Shown here in pieces: positions 25,499 to 35,933 of a DNA stretch of 64,000 nt. This DNA is from an uncultured Bacilli bacterium (GTDB lineage Bacteria > Bacillota_I > Bacilli_A > RF39 > UBA660): the NCBI GenBank assembly GCA_947629375.1, contig CANRDN010000008.1:1389-65388 (forward strand), written 5' to 3'. Below the pieces are notes generated by a model. The model made no database searches and was not told the origin of the DNA. It was given only the letters and a program-made list of their open reading frames with translations. The translations under genes and the position numbers were made by a program. Within the stretch, counting starts at the first letter, position 1; the number at the start of each line of letters is the position of its first letter.

Positions 25499-26130
25499 TG
25501 ATTGGATTTATAAAAAAAGATTTAGCAATGATTAAAAGCAATTTTAAGTTGTTAGCGATTTTAATTGTTATATATACTGTTATGGGATTAATGGACAAGA
25601 TGGATATTTCGTTTATTTTACCATTTATGTGTGTAATGATAATGATTTCAACATTCAGTTATGATAATTATAACAAATGGGATGCTTATTCTATTTCATT
25701 ACCTAATGGAAGAAAAAATAGTGTGAAATCTAAATATGTTGCAACAATATTAATGACTTTTATTGTTGCTATAATAACAACTCTATTATCATTTCTTATT
25801 TCTTATATTAATACTAAATCTATTAACTATGAACAAATTCTAGTTACAATGTTTGGTACAGTTTTTGGAACATTATTAGTTTTAAGTGTTATGTATCCGA
25901 TAATTTATAAGCTTGGTGTTGAAAAAGCAAGAATTGGTATTGTTTTGTTGGTGTTTGGTACAGTTATAGCAGGTACTTTATTATTAAAATATGTAGACTT
26001 ATCTAATGTTTTAAAGTCTTTAACTTTTTTAGAAGATTACTTAATAATTATTTTAATAATATTAGCTGTTATTATGGTTTATATATCTTATAAAATATCA
26101 GTAAAAATATTTAGTAAAAAAGAATTTTAA
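25498..26130 (+). CDS. ABC-2 type transporter permease
   Basis: 210 aa with about 6 TM segments. Its start overlaps the ATPase stop (TAATG). Confidence 0.7.
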   Translation: MIGFIKKDLAMIKSNFKLLAILIVIYTVMGLMDKMDISFILPFMCVMIMISTFSYDNYNKWDAYSISLPNGRKNSVKSKYVATILMTFIVAIITTLLSFLISYINTKSINYEQILVTMFGTVFGTLLVLSVMYPIIYKLGVEKARIGIVLLVFGTVIAGTLLLKYVDLSNVLKSLTFLEDYLIIILIILAVIMVYISYKISVKIFSKKEF

Positions 26131-26203
26131 TAATTGAAATAATTTATAGGCAATATTTTTGACTTTGGTAAAAACGAAAAAGATGAGTTGGAAATTTATA
26201 TGA

Positions 26204-26229
26204 GCAGACTAGAAATAGTTTGCTTTTTT
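26204..26229 (+). terminator. rho-independent terminator
   Basis: GCAGACTA-GAAA-TAGTTTGC hairpin followed by a T6 run. Confidence 0.6.
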
Positions 26230-26257
26230 AAATATTTAAAAAAATTTTGAAAAGGTA

Positions 26258-26286
26258 TTGTCAAACATATGTTTGTATTGTATAAT
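26258..26286 (+). promoter_or_regulatory. sigma-A type promoter (TTGTCA-17-TATAAT)
   Basis: -35 TTGTCA at 26258-63, 17-nt spacer, -10 TATAAT at 26281-86, about 24 nt upstream of the Bro-N gene start. Confidence 0.6.
26262..26275. promoter_or_regulatory. LexA (Cheo-box-like) operator candidate
   Basis: Perfect 14-bp palindrome CAAACATATGTTTG overlapping the -35 element and spacer. Compare the Firmicutes SOS box CGAACATATGTTCG. It lies upstream of DinD-family genes. Confidence 0.5.
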
Positions 26287-26309
26287 GCTTCTATCAAGGA
26301 GGTAGCATT

Positions 26310-27170
26310 ATGAATCAAGATAGAATGCATTTGGTTAATAAAATATTTAACAATGAAACAATTAGAACAATTTGGGATAAGGAAGAAGAAAAATATTATA
26401 TCAGTGTTGTTGATATAGTAGGTGTTTTAGCAGAAAGTAAAGAACCCAGAAAATATTGGAATTGGTTGAAAAATAAAGTTTTAAAAGAAGACAAAATTGA
26501 ACTGTCTAGTATTACTAGACAGTTGAAGTTGAAAGCTAATGATGGTAAATACCGTTTAACTGATGTTTGTGATATTGAAGGAATGTTTCGAATTATTGAA
26601 TCTATTCCTAGTAAAAACGCTGAACCTATAAAACAATGGTTAGCAAAACTTGGTAGTGAAAGAGTAGATGAAGTGTTTGATCCATCAATAGCAGTACAAA
26701 GAGCAATTGATTTATATAAGGCAAAAGGTTATGAAGATAAATGGATTAATAGAAGATTACAAAATATTTAAGATAGAAAAGAACTTACAGATGTTTGGAA
26801 AGAAAATGGTATTACAGAAAGTAAAGAATATGCTATGTTAACTAATGAAATATATAAAACTTGGTCAGGAATGACTGCAAAAGAATATAAAGAGTTTAAA
26901 GGCCTTCGTAAAGAGGCACTTCGTGATAATATGGATAGTTTAGAAGTTTCTCTAACTGATATTGGTGAAGAAGTAACTAAAAGACTAGCAATGAAAAAGA
27001 AACCCAAGGGATTAGAAGAAAATATAAAAGTTGCTCATATTGGTGGACAGGTTGCTAAAAACACAAGAGATGATATTGAAAATGTACTTGGTGAATCTAT
27101 TATTAATAATCAAAATAAATTAAATTATCAATATAAAGATAAAACTTTAAAGATAAAAAATAAAAAATGA
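26310..27170 (+). pseudogene. Bro-N domain / DinD-C-terminal-like protein interrupted by one in-frame TAA
   Basis: Track ORFs 26310..26771 and 26835..27170 are in the same frame. Reading through the TAA at 26769-71 gives a continuous sequence ...RRLQNI*DRKELTDVWKENGITESKEYAMLTNEI... The N-terminus FNNETIRTIWDKEEEKYYISVVDIVGVL is Bro-N-like. Confidence 0.7.
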
Positions 27171-27218
27171 TAAAACAAATACGTATAAAAAGTTAATAGT
27201 AAGATTGGGGGAATTAAA

Positions 27219-28058
27219 ATGGGAAAAAATTTAAAAATTAAAGAAACAACTGAAACATTTGAAAGTATCAAACATTTAGATGAATATAATCAAGAATATT
27301 GGTATGCTAGAGAACTAATGATTGCTCTTAAATACTCAAAATGGAGTAATTTTGTAACTGTTATTGATAAGGCTAAAAACGCTTGTAAATTGAGTAATAA
27401 CAACATTGATGACCATTTTGCCGACATCGGCAAAATGGTATCTATAGGATCAGATGCTAAAAGGAAGGAAATTGATTATAAGTTATCTAGATATGCCTGT
27501 TATTTGATTGCTCAAAATGGGGATTCTAGAAAGGAAAGCATTGCTCTTGCACAAACCTATTTTGCTGTTCAAACTAGAAAGCAAGAGTTATCTCAAAAAG
27601 AATATAGTGAACTTACAGAAGATGAAAAAAGATTTTATCAAAGGAATTCAACAAAAAGAGGTAATTATTCTTTAAATATTGCTGCTAAAAATACTGGAGT
27701 AAAAAACTTTGATAAATTTCATAATTATGGATATAAGGGGCTATATAATGGAGAGACCGCTGATGATATAGCAAAAAGAAAGGGACTAAGATATCGAGAG
27801 GATATTTTAGATAATATGGGTAGTGAGGAGCTGATTGCTAATTTGTTTAGAATCTCTCAAACTGAACAAAAATTAAAAAGAGATAATGTTAAAACAGAAA
27901 GTAAGGCAAATAAAACACATTATGAAGTAGGAAAAGAGATACGAAATACAATTGAAAGGTTAGGTGGTACTATGCCAGAAGAATTACCTACACCTAAGAA
28001 AAGCCTTAAAGAACTTGAGAAAGAAAATATAAGTACTAAATCTATATCTAAAAAGTGA
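27219..28058 (+). CDS. dinD: DNA damage-inducible protein D (DinD) homolog, copy 1
   Basis: FESIKH.....EYWYARELM..L.YS.W..F...I.KAK.AC; LSRYACYLIAQNGDSRKESIALAQTYFAVQTRKQE; HNYGYKGLYNGETADDIAKRKGL; GGTMPEELPTPKKSLKELE. These are all hallmark DinD blocks. Confidence 0.85.
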   Translation: MGKNLKIKETTETFESIKHLDEYNQEYWYARELMIALKYSKWSNFVTVIDKAKNACKLSNNNIDDHFADIGKMVSIGSDAKRKEIDYKLSRYACYLIAQNGDSRKESIALAQTYFAVQTRKQELSQKEYSELTEDEKRFYQRNSTKRGNYSLNIAAKNTGVKNFDKFHNYGYKGLYNGETADDIAKRKGLRYREDILDNMGSEELIANLFRISQTEQKLKRDNVKTESKANKTHYEVGKEIRNTIERLGGTMPEELPTPKKSLKELEKENISTKSISKK

Positions 28059-28199
28059 AAAAAATAAAATAAATAGTTTAGAAAAAAACTGGTTCATCAT
28101 CTTAATATATTTCCAATTCTTTTTACAATGCAAACATAATGATGGTATAATAATATTATGTGAATAGATTAGAAAATAAATTGTAAAGGAAGTTTTGAT

Positions 28200-28826
28200 A
28201 TGTATAAGAAATATTTAGATGAAAAACCAAAGTTCGATTTGTCTCAAAAAATATCAATTATCTTTTTAATGATAGTTATTTCAGGTATTTTTGGCTGGGT
28301 TTATGAATTTATCTTTTACTTTTTAAATGGAGGATGTAAGGAGTTTTATTGGCGTGGTGGTAACTTTCTTCCTTGGATTAATATTTATGCTTATGGTGCT
28401 CTTGGAATATATTTCTTAACTTTTAAATATCGTAAAAGCCCTATAAAAGTTTTCTTACTTGGCTTTATTATTTGTGGTTTGCTAGAATTCCTTTCAGGTT
28501 ATGTTATGTACACATTCTTCGATGGATGGAGGTGCTGGAACTACAACACTGAAATATGGAATTTTGGAAATATTGGAGGATTTGTCTGCTTAAGAAGCGT
28601 GACATTCTTTGGAATTTCTGGACTTTTATTGATATATGGAATAGTTCCTATCTTGTTTTGGTTAGCTGAGAAAGTAAATAAAAAGGTATTACTTACTATC
28701 TCTAGTATCTTACTTGCAATAATACTTATTGATGATTTATATAACTTGATTTTTGCAAGAATATTTAATACACCAAGAGCATACGATGTTTATTCTAAAA
28801 ATGGAATGCCTTATGTAAAAAGCTAA
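28200..28826 (+). CDS. membrane protein of the putative ABC-transporter type IV (DUF1113/CmpB-like) family
   Basis: GWVYEFIFYFLNGG...NFLPWINIYAYGA pattern with 5-6 TM segments. Confidence 0.55.
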   Translation: MYKKYLDEKPKFDLSQKISIIFLMIVISGIFGWVYEFIFYFLNGGCKEFYWRGGNFLPWINIYAYGALGIYFLTFKYRKSPIKVFLLGFIICGLLEFLSGYVMYTFFDGWRCWNYNTEIWNFGNIGGFVCLRSVTFFGISGLLLIYGIVPILFWLAEKVNKKVLLTISSILLAIILIDDLYNLIFARIFNTPRAYDVYSKNGMPYVKS

Positions 28827-28856
28827 TTGTCTGTAAAGACTTTAATAGGTGATTTT

Positions 28857-29333
28857 ATGAAAAATAAGAAAACAATTTATGTATTACTATCTATTGTACT
28901 TATTGTACTTTTAATAGTAGGCTACAAAATCCTAACAAAAGATGATTTAAAAAAGGAGAAATCCAATATGGAAGATAAGGAAAAACAAGAAGAAATTTAT
29001 AATTTAGAAGTTCTTATAAACAACAAATCTTATGATGCAGTTTTAGAAAATAATGAAACAGTTAAAGAATTATTAAAATTAATGCCATTACAAGTAGAGA
29101 TGACGGATTTAAATAACAATGAAAAGTATTTTTATATGGATAAATCAATAAAAGCTTCTAATAATTATACAGGTAAAATATCTAAAGGAGATATTATGCT
29201 TTATGGTGATGATTGTCTAGTTATCTTTTATAAAAGTTTTAATACCAGTTATCATTATACTAAAATAGGTCACATTACTGATTTAGAGGAACTCGATAAT
29301 AGTAATGTATCTGTTGAATTTAAGATAATTTAA
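28857..29333 (+). CDS. cyclophilin-like fold protein, membrane-anchored
   Basis: N-terminal TM segment, then AVLENNETVKELLKLMPLQVEMTDLNNNEKYFYMD....GDIMLYGDDCLVIFYKSF, typical of the cyclophilin-like family. ATG 28857 follows a TAGGTGA RBS. Confidence 0.6.
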   Translation: MKNKKTIYVLLSIVLIVLLIVGYKILTKDDLKKEKSNMEDKEKQEEIYNLEVLINNKSYDAVLENNETVKELLKLMPLQVEMTDLNNNEKYFYMDKSIKASNNYTGKISKGDIMLYGDDCLVIFYKSFNTSYHYTKIGHITDLEELDNSNVSVEFKII

Positions 29334-29352
29334 ATAAATATAGGAGAATAAT

Positions 29353-31230
29353 ATGTCAAAAGAAAAAAGAAATAAAATTATTCAATTAGTTATAGCAATA
29401 ATTTCTTTTGGAATTGCTATTTTGTTAGATTATTTTTTAACTTTGAGTATCGAAAAAAGAGCCTTACTTTATTTGATTCCTTATGTGGTAGCTGCCTATG
29501 ATGTGTATATTGAAGCATTTATGGGAATTAAAAATGGTGAGATTTTTGATGAGCATTTCTTGTTATGTGTTGCTTCAATAGGGGCTTTGTGTATAGGTTT
29601 TTTACCTAATTCGGAACCGGAGTTTTTAGAAGCAGTTTTCGTTTTAATTTTCTTTCAAGTGGGTGAGTTATTCGAAATTATTGCTGAAGATGATAGTGAA
29701 AAATCAATCAATGCTCTTTTAGAAATTAGACCAGACTATGCAAATTTAGAAGGAGACGATAAAAAAGTTAAAAAAGTTAGTCCTGACAAGGTCAAAGTCT
29801 TTGATATTATTGTTGTAAATCCAGGTGAGAAGATTCCAATGGATGGAGAAATAATCGAAGGAAAGAGTAGCTTAAATACCGTTGCGTTGACTGGTGAATC
29901 TGCACCTTTAAGTGTCGATGTTGGTGACTATGTTATGTCAGGTTGTATTAATATTAATGGTTCTATAAGAATCAAAGTAATGAAGTTATTTGAGGAATCA
30001 ACGGCATCCAAAATAATAGATATGGTTGAGAACTCTACTGAAAATAAAGCATCAAGTGATAAGTTCATCACTAAGTTTGCAAGAGTCTACACACCACTTG
30101 TTGTTTTACTTGCTCTACTAATATTTTTAATACCACCACTTTTCTTAGGTAATTATGCTTTATGGTTAAAAAGAAGTTTAACTTTCCTAATTGTCTCTTG
30201 TCCTTGTGCCTTAGTTATATCCGTTCCACTTTCTTATTTTGGTGGAGTTGGCTGTGCTTCTAAAAGAGGAATTTTAATTAAAGGTGCATACTACCTAGAA
30301 AAACTGTCTAAAGTTTCGACAATCGCATTCGATAAGACTGGAACACTTACTAAAGGAACTTTTGAGGTTGTTGCAATTCACCCGGAAGAATATAATGAAA
30401 AAGAGTTACTTCATCTAGCAGCTCACGTTGAAAAAAATTCTAATCATCCGATTGCTAACTCATTAAAAGAAGCTTACGATAAATACGATAATTTAAATGA
30501 TTCTTGTAAAATAAAAGATATCGAAGAGTTACCTGGCCTTGGAATAAAAGCTAAAGTAAATAAAGACATAATATATGTAGGTAATAAAAAACTTATGGAC
30601 AGCATAAACATTAAAATAAAGAATTGTAAACACTATGAAACAGTTGTCCACATTGCTAAGAAAGATAGTTATCTTGGACATATCGTAATATCTGATATAA
30701 TAAAAGAGGACACGAAAAAGACAATCGAAACTTTAAAAAGCAAAAATATAAAAACCGTTATGTTAACCGGAGACACTAAAGATATTGCTAAGGAAGTTGC
30801 AAAAGATGTCGGTATTGATGAATACTACTATGAATTGATGCCTAAAGATAAAGTTAAAAAATTAACAGAGTTAAAGCAAGATGATTCTTGTGTTGCTTTC
30901 GTTGGAGATGGAATAAACGATGCCCCAGTACTTTCGAGAAGTGACTTAGGTATTTCTATGGGAGGACTTGGAAGTGATGCAGCAATCGAAGCATCCAATG
31001 TCGTCATAATGGATGATAATATAAGTAAAATAATCGATGCAATAAATATTTCTAAAAAGACAGAATTGATTGCTAAAGAAAATATTTCATTTACTTTAGT
31101 CGTAAAATTATGTGTTATGGTAGCAGCATTTTTTGGATATGCCCCAATGGCTCTTGCTATATTTGCCGATGTTGGTGTAACAATAATTGCTATTTTGAAT
31201 TCTCTTAGAACACTAAGAGATAAAAAATAA
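29353..31230 (+). CDS. heavy-metal translocating P1B-type ATPase (Cd/Zn/Co class), no N-terminal HMA domain
   Basis: TM6 motif SCPCAL, phosphorylation site DKTGTLT, hinge GDGINDAP, TGES. Confidence 0.9.
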   Translation: MSKEKRNKIIQLVIAIISFGIAILLDYFLTLSIEKRALLYLIPYVVAAYDVYIEAFMGIKNGEIFDEHFLLCVASIGALCIGFLPNSEPEFLEAVFVLIFFQVGELFEIIAEDDSEKSINALLEIRPDYANLEGDDKKVKKVSPDKVKVFDIIVVNPGEKIPMDGEIIEGKSSLNTVALTGESAPLSVDVGDYVMSGCININGSIRIKVMKLFEESTASKIIDMVENSTENKASSDKFITKFARVYTPLVVLLALLIFLIPPLFLGNYALWLKRSLTFLIVSCPCALVISVPLSYFGGVGCASKRGILIKGAYYLEKLSKVSTIAFDKTGTLTKGTFEVVAIHPEEYNEKELLHLAAHVEKNSNHPIANSLKEAYDKYDNLNDSCKIKDIEELPGLGIKAKVNKDIIYVGNKKLMDSINIKIKNCKHYETVVHIAKKDSYLGHIVISDIIKEDTKKTIETLKSKNIKTVMLTGDTKDIAKEVAKDVGIDEYYYELMPKDKVKKLTELKQDDSCVAFVGDGINDAPVLSRSDLGISMGGLGSDAAIEASNVVIMDDNISKIIDAINISKKTELIAKENISFTLVVKLCVMVAAFFGYAPMALAIFADVGVTIIAILNSLRTLRDKK

Positions 31231-31240
31231 AGGAGGAACT

Positions 31241-32185
31241 ATGAGAAAAAAAGTTGTTGTACTTGGTGGAGGAACTGGTATGAGTTCTCTTTTAAGAGGA
31301 CTTAAGGAATTTCCAATTGATATTACTGCTGTAGTATCTGTCTGTGATGATGGAAGAAGTACAGGAAGATTAAGAGAAGAGTTTCACGTTCCAGCAATGG
31401 GAGATTTGAGACAGGTTTTAACAGCACTTTCAGAAAGTGGGCCATTCGTTGAGAAATTACTTAATTATCGTTTTAACACTACTAGTGATTTAAATGGGCA
31501 TCCTGTCGGTAATTTACTTTTAACAGCAATGTCCAATATGACTGGTAATATGTCTAGTGGAGTAGAAGCTTTAGGTCAAGTTTTCAATTTAAAAGGAAAA
31601 ATATTACCACTTACTGATGATGAAGTAACTTTAGTAGCTACGATGGAAGATGGTACAACTGTCGAAGGTGAACACAATATCACATTATATCCATCTAAAA
31701 TAAAAGAAGTTCATTATTTAAATGAACCAAAATTAAATGATAAAGTTATAAATGCCATAAAAGAATCAGACCTTGTTATTTTAAGTATGGGAAGTATCTT
31801 TACAAGTATCATTCCTAATTTATTATGTAAGGAAATTATAAATGTCCTAGAAGAGACAGGCGTTCCTATAATGTATACTTGTAATATGGTAACGCAACCA
31901 GGGGAAACTGATGATTTAACTGTCAGTGAGCATATTTCAATAATTAATCAATATTTAGGAAATAGAAAAGTAGATGTCGTTATTGCTAACGATGGCGAAA
32001 TAGAAGAAAACATAAGAAAGAAATATGAAACATTAGAGCAAAAAGACCCAGTTATCTTAGATAAAGATAAATTAAAAGATGTTGAAGTAATTACCAATAA
32101 TTATGTTACAATAACAGATGAGCACTTAAGGCACGATGCCATTTTGCTATCACTTGATATTTTTAAATATCTAATTACTAAGTAG
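31241..32185 (+). CDS. yvcK: gluconeogenesis factor YvcK (CofD-like, UPF0052)
   Basis: VVVLGGGTGMSSLLRGLK at the N-terminus, DDGRSTGRLR, and MGSIFTSIIPNLL. Confidence 0.85.
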   Translation: MRKKVVVLGGGTGMSSLLRGLKEFPIDITAVVSVCDDGRSTGRLREEFHVPAMGDLRQVLTALSESGPFVEKLLNYRFNTTSDLNGHPVGNLLLTAMSNMTGNMSSGVEALGQVFNLKGKILPLTDDEVTLVATMEDGTTVEGEHNITLYPSKIKEVHYLNEPKLNDKVINAIKESDLVILSMGSIFTSIIPNLLCKEIINVLEETGVPIMYTCNMVTQPGETDDLTVSEHISIINQYLGNRKVDVVIANDGEIEENIRKKYETLEQKDPVILDKDKLKDVEVITNNYVTITDEHLRHDAILLSLDIFKYLITK

Positions 32186-32192
32186 AGGGTTT

Positions 32193-32630
32193 ATGATTAG
32201 TTTAGTTTTTATTACAGCAATATTATTGAATTTTTATGGAAATCTATCTAGTAAACTTCAAGAAATTGTAAATTATTTATTCTTTGGAGTTTGTACGACA
32301 CTTGTAAGTATTGTATCTTACTTTGTTTTAAGATTAGTTATAGATAACTATATGATTTGTACTGTCTTATCTTGGATTTTGGCAGTCTTATTTGCATATG
32401 TTACAAATAGAATTTATGTCTTCAAAAGTAAGGAAGATAACAAGCTTAAAGAGTTTGTATCATTTATTTCATCGAGAATTTTAACTCTTCTTTTAGAACT
32501 TGATCTTATGTTTGTTTTGGTAGATATTATGTCACTAAGTGATAGGATATCGAAAATTGGAGTCCAAGTGATTGTAATTGTAGCAAATTATGTTTTAAGT
32601 AAATTAATAGTTTTCAAAAGAAAAGATTAA
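32193..32630 (+). CDS. GtrA family membrane protein
   Basis: 145 aa with 4 TM segments, YLFFGVCTTLVS....VTNRIYVFKS and a C-terminal ANYVLSKLIVF pattern. Confidence 0.7.
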   Translation: MISLVFITAILLNFYGNLSSKLQEIVNYLFFGVCTTLVSIVSYFVLRLVIDNYMICTVLSWILAVLFAYVTNRIYVFKSKEDNKLKEFVSFISSRILTLLLELDLMFVLVDIMSLSDRISKIGVQVIVIVANYVLSKLIVFKRKD

Positions 32631-32690
32631 ACTTTTCTTTTTTTTGTGTTTTATTTGTATTATAATTATTATGGTAGAGAGGTTGGCAGT

Positions 32691-35264
32691 ATGAATGAGA
32701 CAGAATTAATGATTGAAGATTTGGTAAAAAGAGCCAAAGTAGCAAGTGAAGAGTTTTTAAAACTTAATCAAGAACAAGTTGATAATATCGTAAAAGAAAT
32801 GGCAATGGCAGCATTATCTAACCATATGTATTTAGCGCGCCTTGCTGTAAATGAAACAAAACGTGGAATCTATGAAGATAAAATCATCAAGAATATGTTT
32901 GCATCTGAATATATTTATCACAGCATCAAACACGATAAGACAGTAGGAATAATCGAGAATAATCCAGAAGAAGATTCAGAATTAGTGGCAGATCCAGTTG
33001 GAATTATCGCAGGTGTTACGCCAGTTACTAATCCTACATCTACTGTTATGTTCAAATCTTTAATATCTGCTAAAACAAGAAATGTTATTATTTTTGGATT
33101 CCATCCATCTGCACAACAATGTAGTCTTGAAACAGCAAGAATATTAAGAGATGCCGGTGTCAAAGCAGGAGCACCTAAAGACTTTATCTTATGGATTGAT
33201 AAACCATCTATTGAAGCAACGACAATGTTAATGAAGCATAAAGATGTCAACTTAATTTTAGCAACTGGTGGTACTAATATGGTTAAGTCAGCATATTCGT
33301 GTGGTAAGCCAGCTCTTGGAGTAGGGCCTGGTAATGTTCCTTGTTACATTGAAAAAACAGCGACTTTGGAGCGCAGTGTTACTGATTTAATAATGTCTAA
33401 ATCGTTTGATAATGGAATGATTTGTGCTAGTGAACAAGCAGTCATTGTCGATAATGAAATAAAAGATGAGTTTGAAAAGATAATGAAAAAGTATGGCTGC
33501 TATTTCCTAGATGATAGAGAAAAAGAACTTCTTACAAATTATATGTTTACGGGAGTTCACGATTTAAATAACGCCGTTGTTGGGCAATCACCGTATAATA
33601 TTGCAAAAGCAAGTGGTTTTAGTGTTCCATTGGGTACTAAGATTTTGGTAGTTAAAGAAAATGGTGTTGGCAAAGAGCATCCATATTCTATGGAGAAATT
33701 AAGCCCCGTTTTAGCGTACTTTAATGTTGATAATAGCGAAGAAGGTATAAGCCTATCTGAAAAGTTAATCGAGTATGGTGGACTAGGTCATTCAGCAGTA
33801 ATTCATTCAAACAACAACGAAATAATTGATGCTTTCTCAAGAAGAGTAAAAGTAGGAAGAATAATTGTAAATTCACCATCTACTCACGGTGCTATCGGTG
33901 ATATATATAATACTAATATGCCATCACTAACTTTGGGATGTGGTACTTTTGGTGGTAATTCTACAACTGCTAATGTTTCAAGTGTCAATCTTATTAATCT
34001 AAAAAGAGTGGCTAAAAGAAGAGTAAATATGCAGTGGTTTAAAATACCAAATAAAATTTATTTTGAAAGAGGTTCCATTGAATACCTATCACAAATGCAC
34101 GATATAAATAGAGCTTTCATTGTAACTGATGAATCAATGGTTAAACTAGGTTATGTCGATAAAATAATCTACCAATTATCTAAAAGACTTAACTATGTCC
34201 ATATCGATGTATTCTCTCAAGTAGAGACAGACCCATCTTTTGATACGATAATGAAGGGTGTCGAAAGAATGAAGTCTTTTGAACCTGATACCATTATTGC
34301 TTTTGGTGGAGGAAGTGCTATCGACGCTGCTAAGGGTATGTGGTTATTCTATGAAAATCCTGATGCCAACATCGAAGGATTGAAACTTAAATTTATGGAT
34401 ATAAGAAAAAGAGCCTATACTTATCCCGACTTAGGTAAGAAGACTAAACTAGTAGCTATTCCAACAACGAGTGGTACTGGTTCTGAAGTTACATCTTTTG
34501 CAGTTATCACTGACAAAAAGAAAAATATGAAGTATCCACTTGCCGATTACGAATTAACACCTAATGTTGCAATAGTAGATCCCGATTTCGTTATGAGTCT
34601 TCCTAAAGTTCAAACAGCTGATACTGGAATGGATGTATTAACTCACGGTATTGAAGCATATGTATCTAATATGGCCTCAGATTTTACTGATGGACTTGCC
34701 GAAAAAGCTTGTGAAATTGTATTTGAATATTTAAAAGAGTCTTACAAGAATCCAGATGATTATGTAGCAAGAGAAAAAATGCACAATGCTTCAACGATTG
34801 CAGGTATGGCTTTCACTAATGCTTTCTTAGGAATAAATCACTCTCTAGCTCACAAGATAGGAGCCGAGTTTCATATATCTCACGGAAGAACAAATGCAAT
34901 ACTTCTTCCTTATGTCATTAAATATAATGCCAAAATGCCTACAAAGTTTGTATCTTTCCCTAAGTACGAACACTATATTGCTAACGAAAGATATGCTTTA
35001 CTTGCATCCAAAATGGGTTTAAAATTTAATACAGTGGAAGAAGGAGTACAAGCTTTAATAGATGCTATTAAAGAAATGAACGAGTATTTGGATATTCCAA
35101 AATCATTTAAGGACTATGGACTTGATGAAGCCGAGTTTATGTCTAAGTGTGACAGCCTTGCTGATAAAGCTTTTGAAGATCAATGTACTAATGCTAATCC
35201 AAGACTTCCACTTGTTTCTGAATTAAAAGAAATAATGATTGATGCATATTACGGGAATTTGTAG
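32691..35264 (+). CDS. adhE: bifunctional acetaldehyde-CoA / alcohol dehydrogenase
   Basis: N-terminal ALDH domain (catalytic FDNGMICASEQ) fused to an Fe-ADH domain (GGGSAIDAAK, HSLAHKIGAEFHISHG). ATG 32691 follows a GAGAGG RBS. Confidence 0.95.
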   Translation: MNETELMIEDLVKRAKVASEEFLKLNQEQVDNIVKEMAMAALSNHMYLARLAVNETKRGIYEDKIIKNMFASEYIYHSIKHDKTVGIIENNPEEDSELVADPVGIIAGVTPVTNPTSTVMFKSLISAKTRNVIIFGFHPSAQQCSLETARILRDAGVKAGAPKDFILWIDKPSIEATTMLMKHKDVNLILATGGTNMVKSAYSCGKPALGVGPGNVPCYIEKTATLERSVTDLIMSKSFDNGMICASEQAVIVDNEIKDEFEKIMKKYGCYFLDDREKELLTNYMFTGVHDLNNAVVGQSPYNIAKASGFSVPLGTKILVVKENGVGKEHPYSMEKLSPVLAYFNVDNSEEGISLSEKLIEYGGLGHSAVIHSNNNEIIDAFSRRVKVGRIIVNSPSTHGAIGDIYNTNMPSLTLGCGTFGGNSTTANVSSVNLINLKRVAKRRVNMQWFKIPNKIYFERGSIEYLSQMHDINRAFIVTDESMVKLGYVDKIIYQLSKRLNYVHIDVFSQVETDPSFDTIMKGVERMKSFEPDTIIAFGGGSAIDAAKGMWLFYENPDANIEGLKLKFMDIRKRAYTYPDLGKKTKLVAIPTTSGTGSEVTSFAVITDKKKNMKYPLADYELTPNVAIVDPDFVMSLPKVQTADTGMDVLTHGIEAYVSNMASDFTDGLAEKACEIVFEYLKESYKNPDDYVAREKMHNASTIAGMAFTNAFLGINHSLAHKIGAEFHISHGRTNAILLPYVIKYNAKMPTKFVSFPKYEHYIANERYALLASKMGLKFNTVEEGVQALIDAIKEMNEYLDIPKSFKDYGLDEAEFMSKCDSLADKAFEDQCTNANPRLPLVSELKEIMIDAYYGNL

Positions 35265-35297
35265 TATATTATTAATAGAAATTGTTAGGTGTAGTAT

Positions 35298-35909
35298 ATG
35301 AGTAATAAAAACAAAACAAAAAAAGAAGATGTAATTGTTTCTTCAGTAATCGAAAAAGAAAAAAAAGATCATAAGAATCTAGTGATTATTTTATTGGTTC
35401 TAGTTATTTTAGTACTTTTACTAGTTTTATCTTACTTTGTATTCTTTAAAGAAGAAAAAGCAAGTGGAAAGTGCTCTGATGTAGAAATAAAAGAAGTAGA
35501 AGTAGAACCAAAATATCAATATATCAATTATCAAGGATTTAAACTTAAAATGCCACTTGAATGGGACTTTGTATCTCTTGATAATGTCTATGAAATATCA
35601 GACTCTGATTCTAAAATACATATTGAACTAGATTATCTTGAAGAAGACTATAATAAGTTTATCGAAAAAGATTATCAAAAAACTTATTTAGAAGATCTAC
35701 AAACTTCTGATGATATAACTATTAATTCTTCAGAAGAAAAAGATAATTATTACATATTTGAAGGAACTAAAGATAGTTATGATTATATCTTAGTAGCAGT
35801 AGGAAATGAAAATAAAACTATACTTGTAAATGCTATATTCCAAGATAAAGTATCTTATAACAATTATTCTAAAGATGTAATAAATTTTGCCACAAGTTAT
35901 AAAAATTAA
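35298..35909 (+). CDS. membrane-anchored hypothetical protein
   Basis: 203 aa with a single TM segment (LVIILLVLVILVLLLVLSYFVFF) and an acidic ectodomain. Confidence 0.5.
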   Translation: MSNKNKTKKEDVIVSSVIEKEKKDHKNLVIILLVLVILVLLLVLSYFVFFKEEKASGKCSDVEIKEVEVEPKYQYINYQGFKLKMPLEWDFVSLDNVYEISDSDSKIHIELDYLEEDYNKFIEKDYQKTYLEDLQTSDDITINSSEEKDNYYIFEGTKDSYDYILVAVGNENKTILVNAIFQDKVSYNNYSKDVINFATSYKN

Positions 35910-35933
35910 AATATCGACTATGATCGATATTTT
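35908..35933. terminator. bidirectional terminator between convergent genes
   Basis: AAAATATCGA-CTATGA-TCGATATTTT perfect 10-bp stem. Confidence 0.6.
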
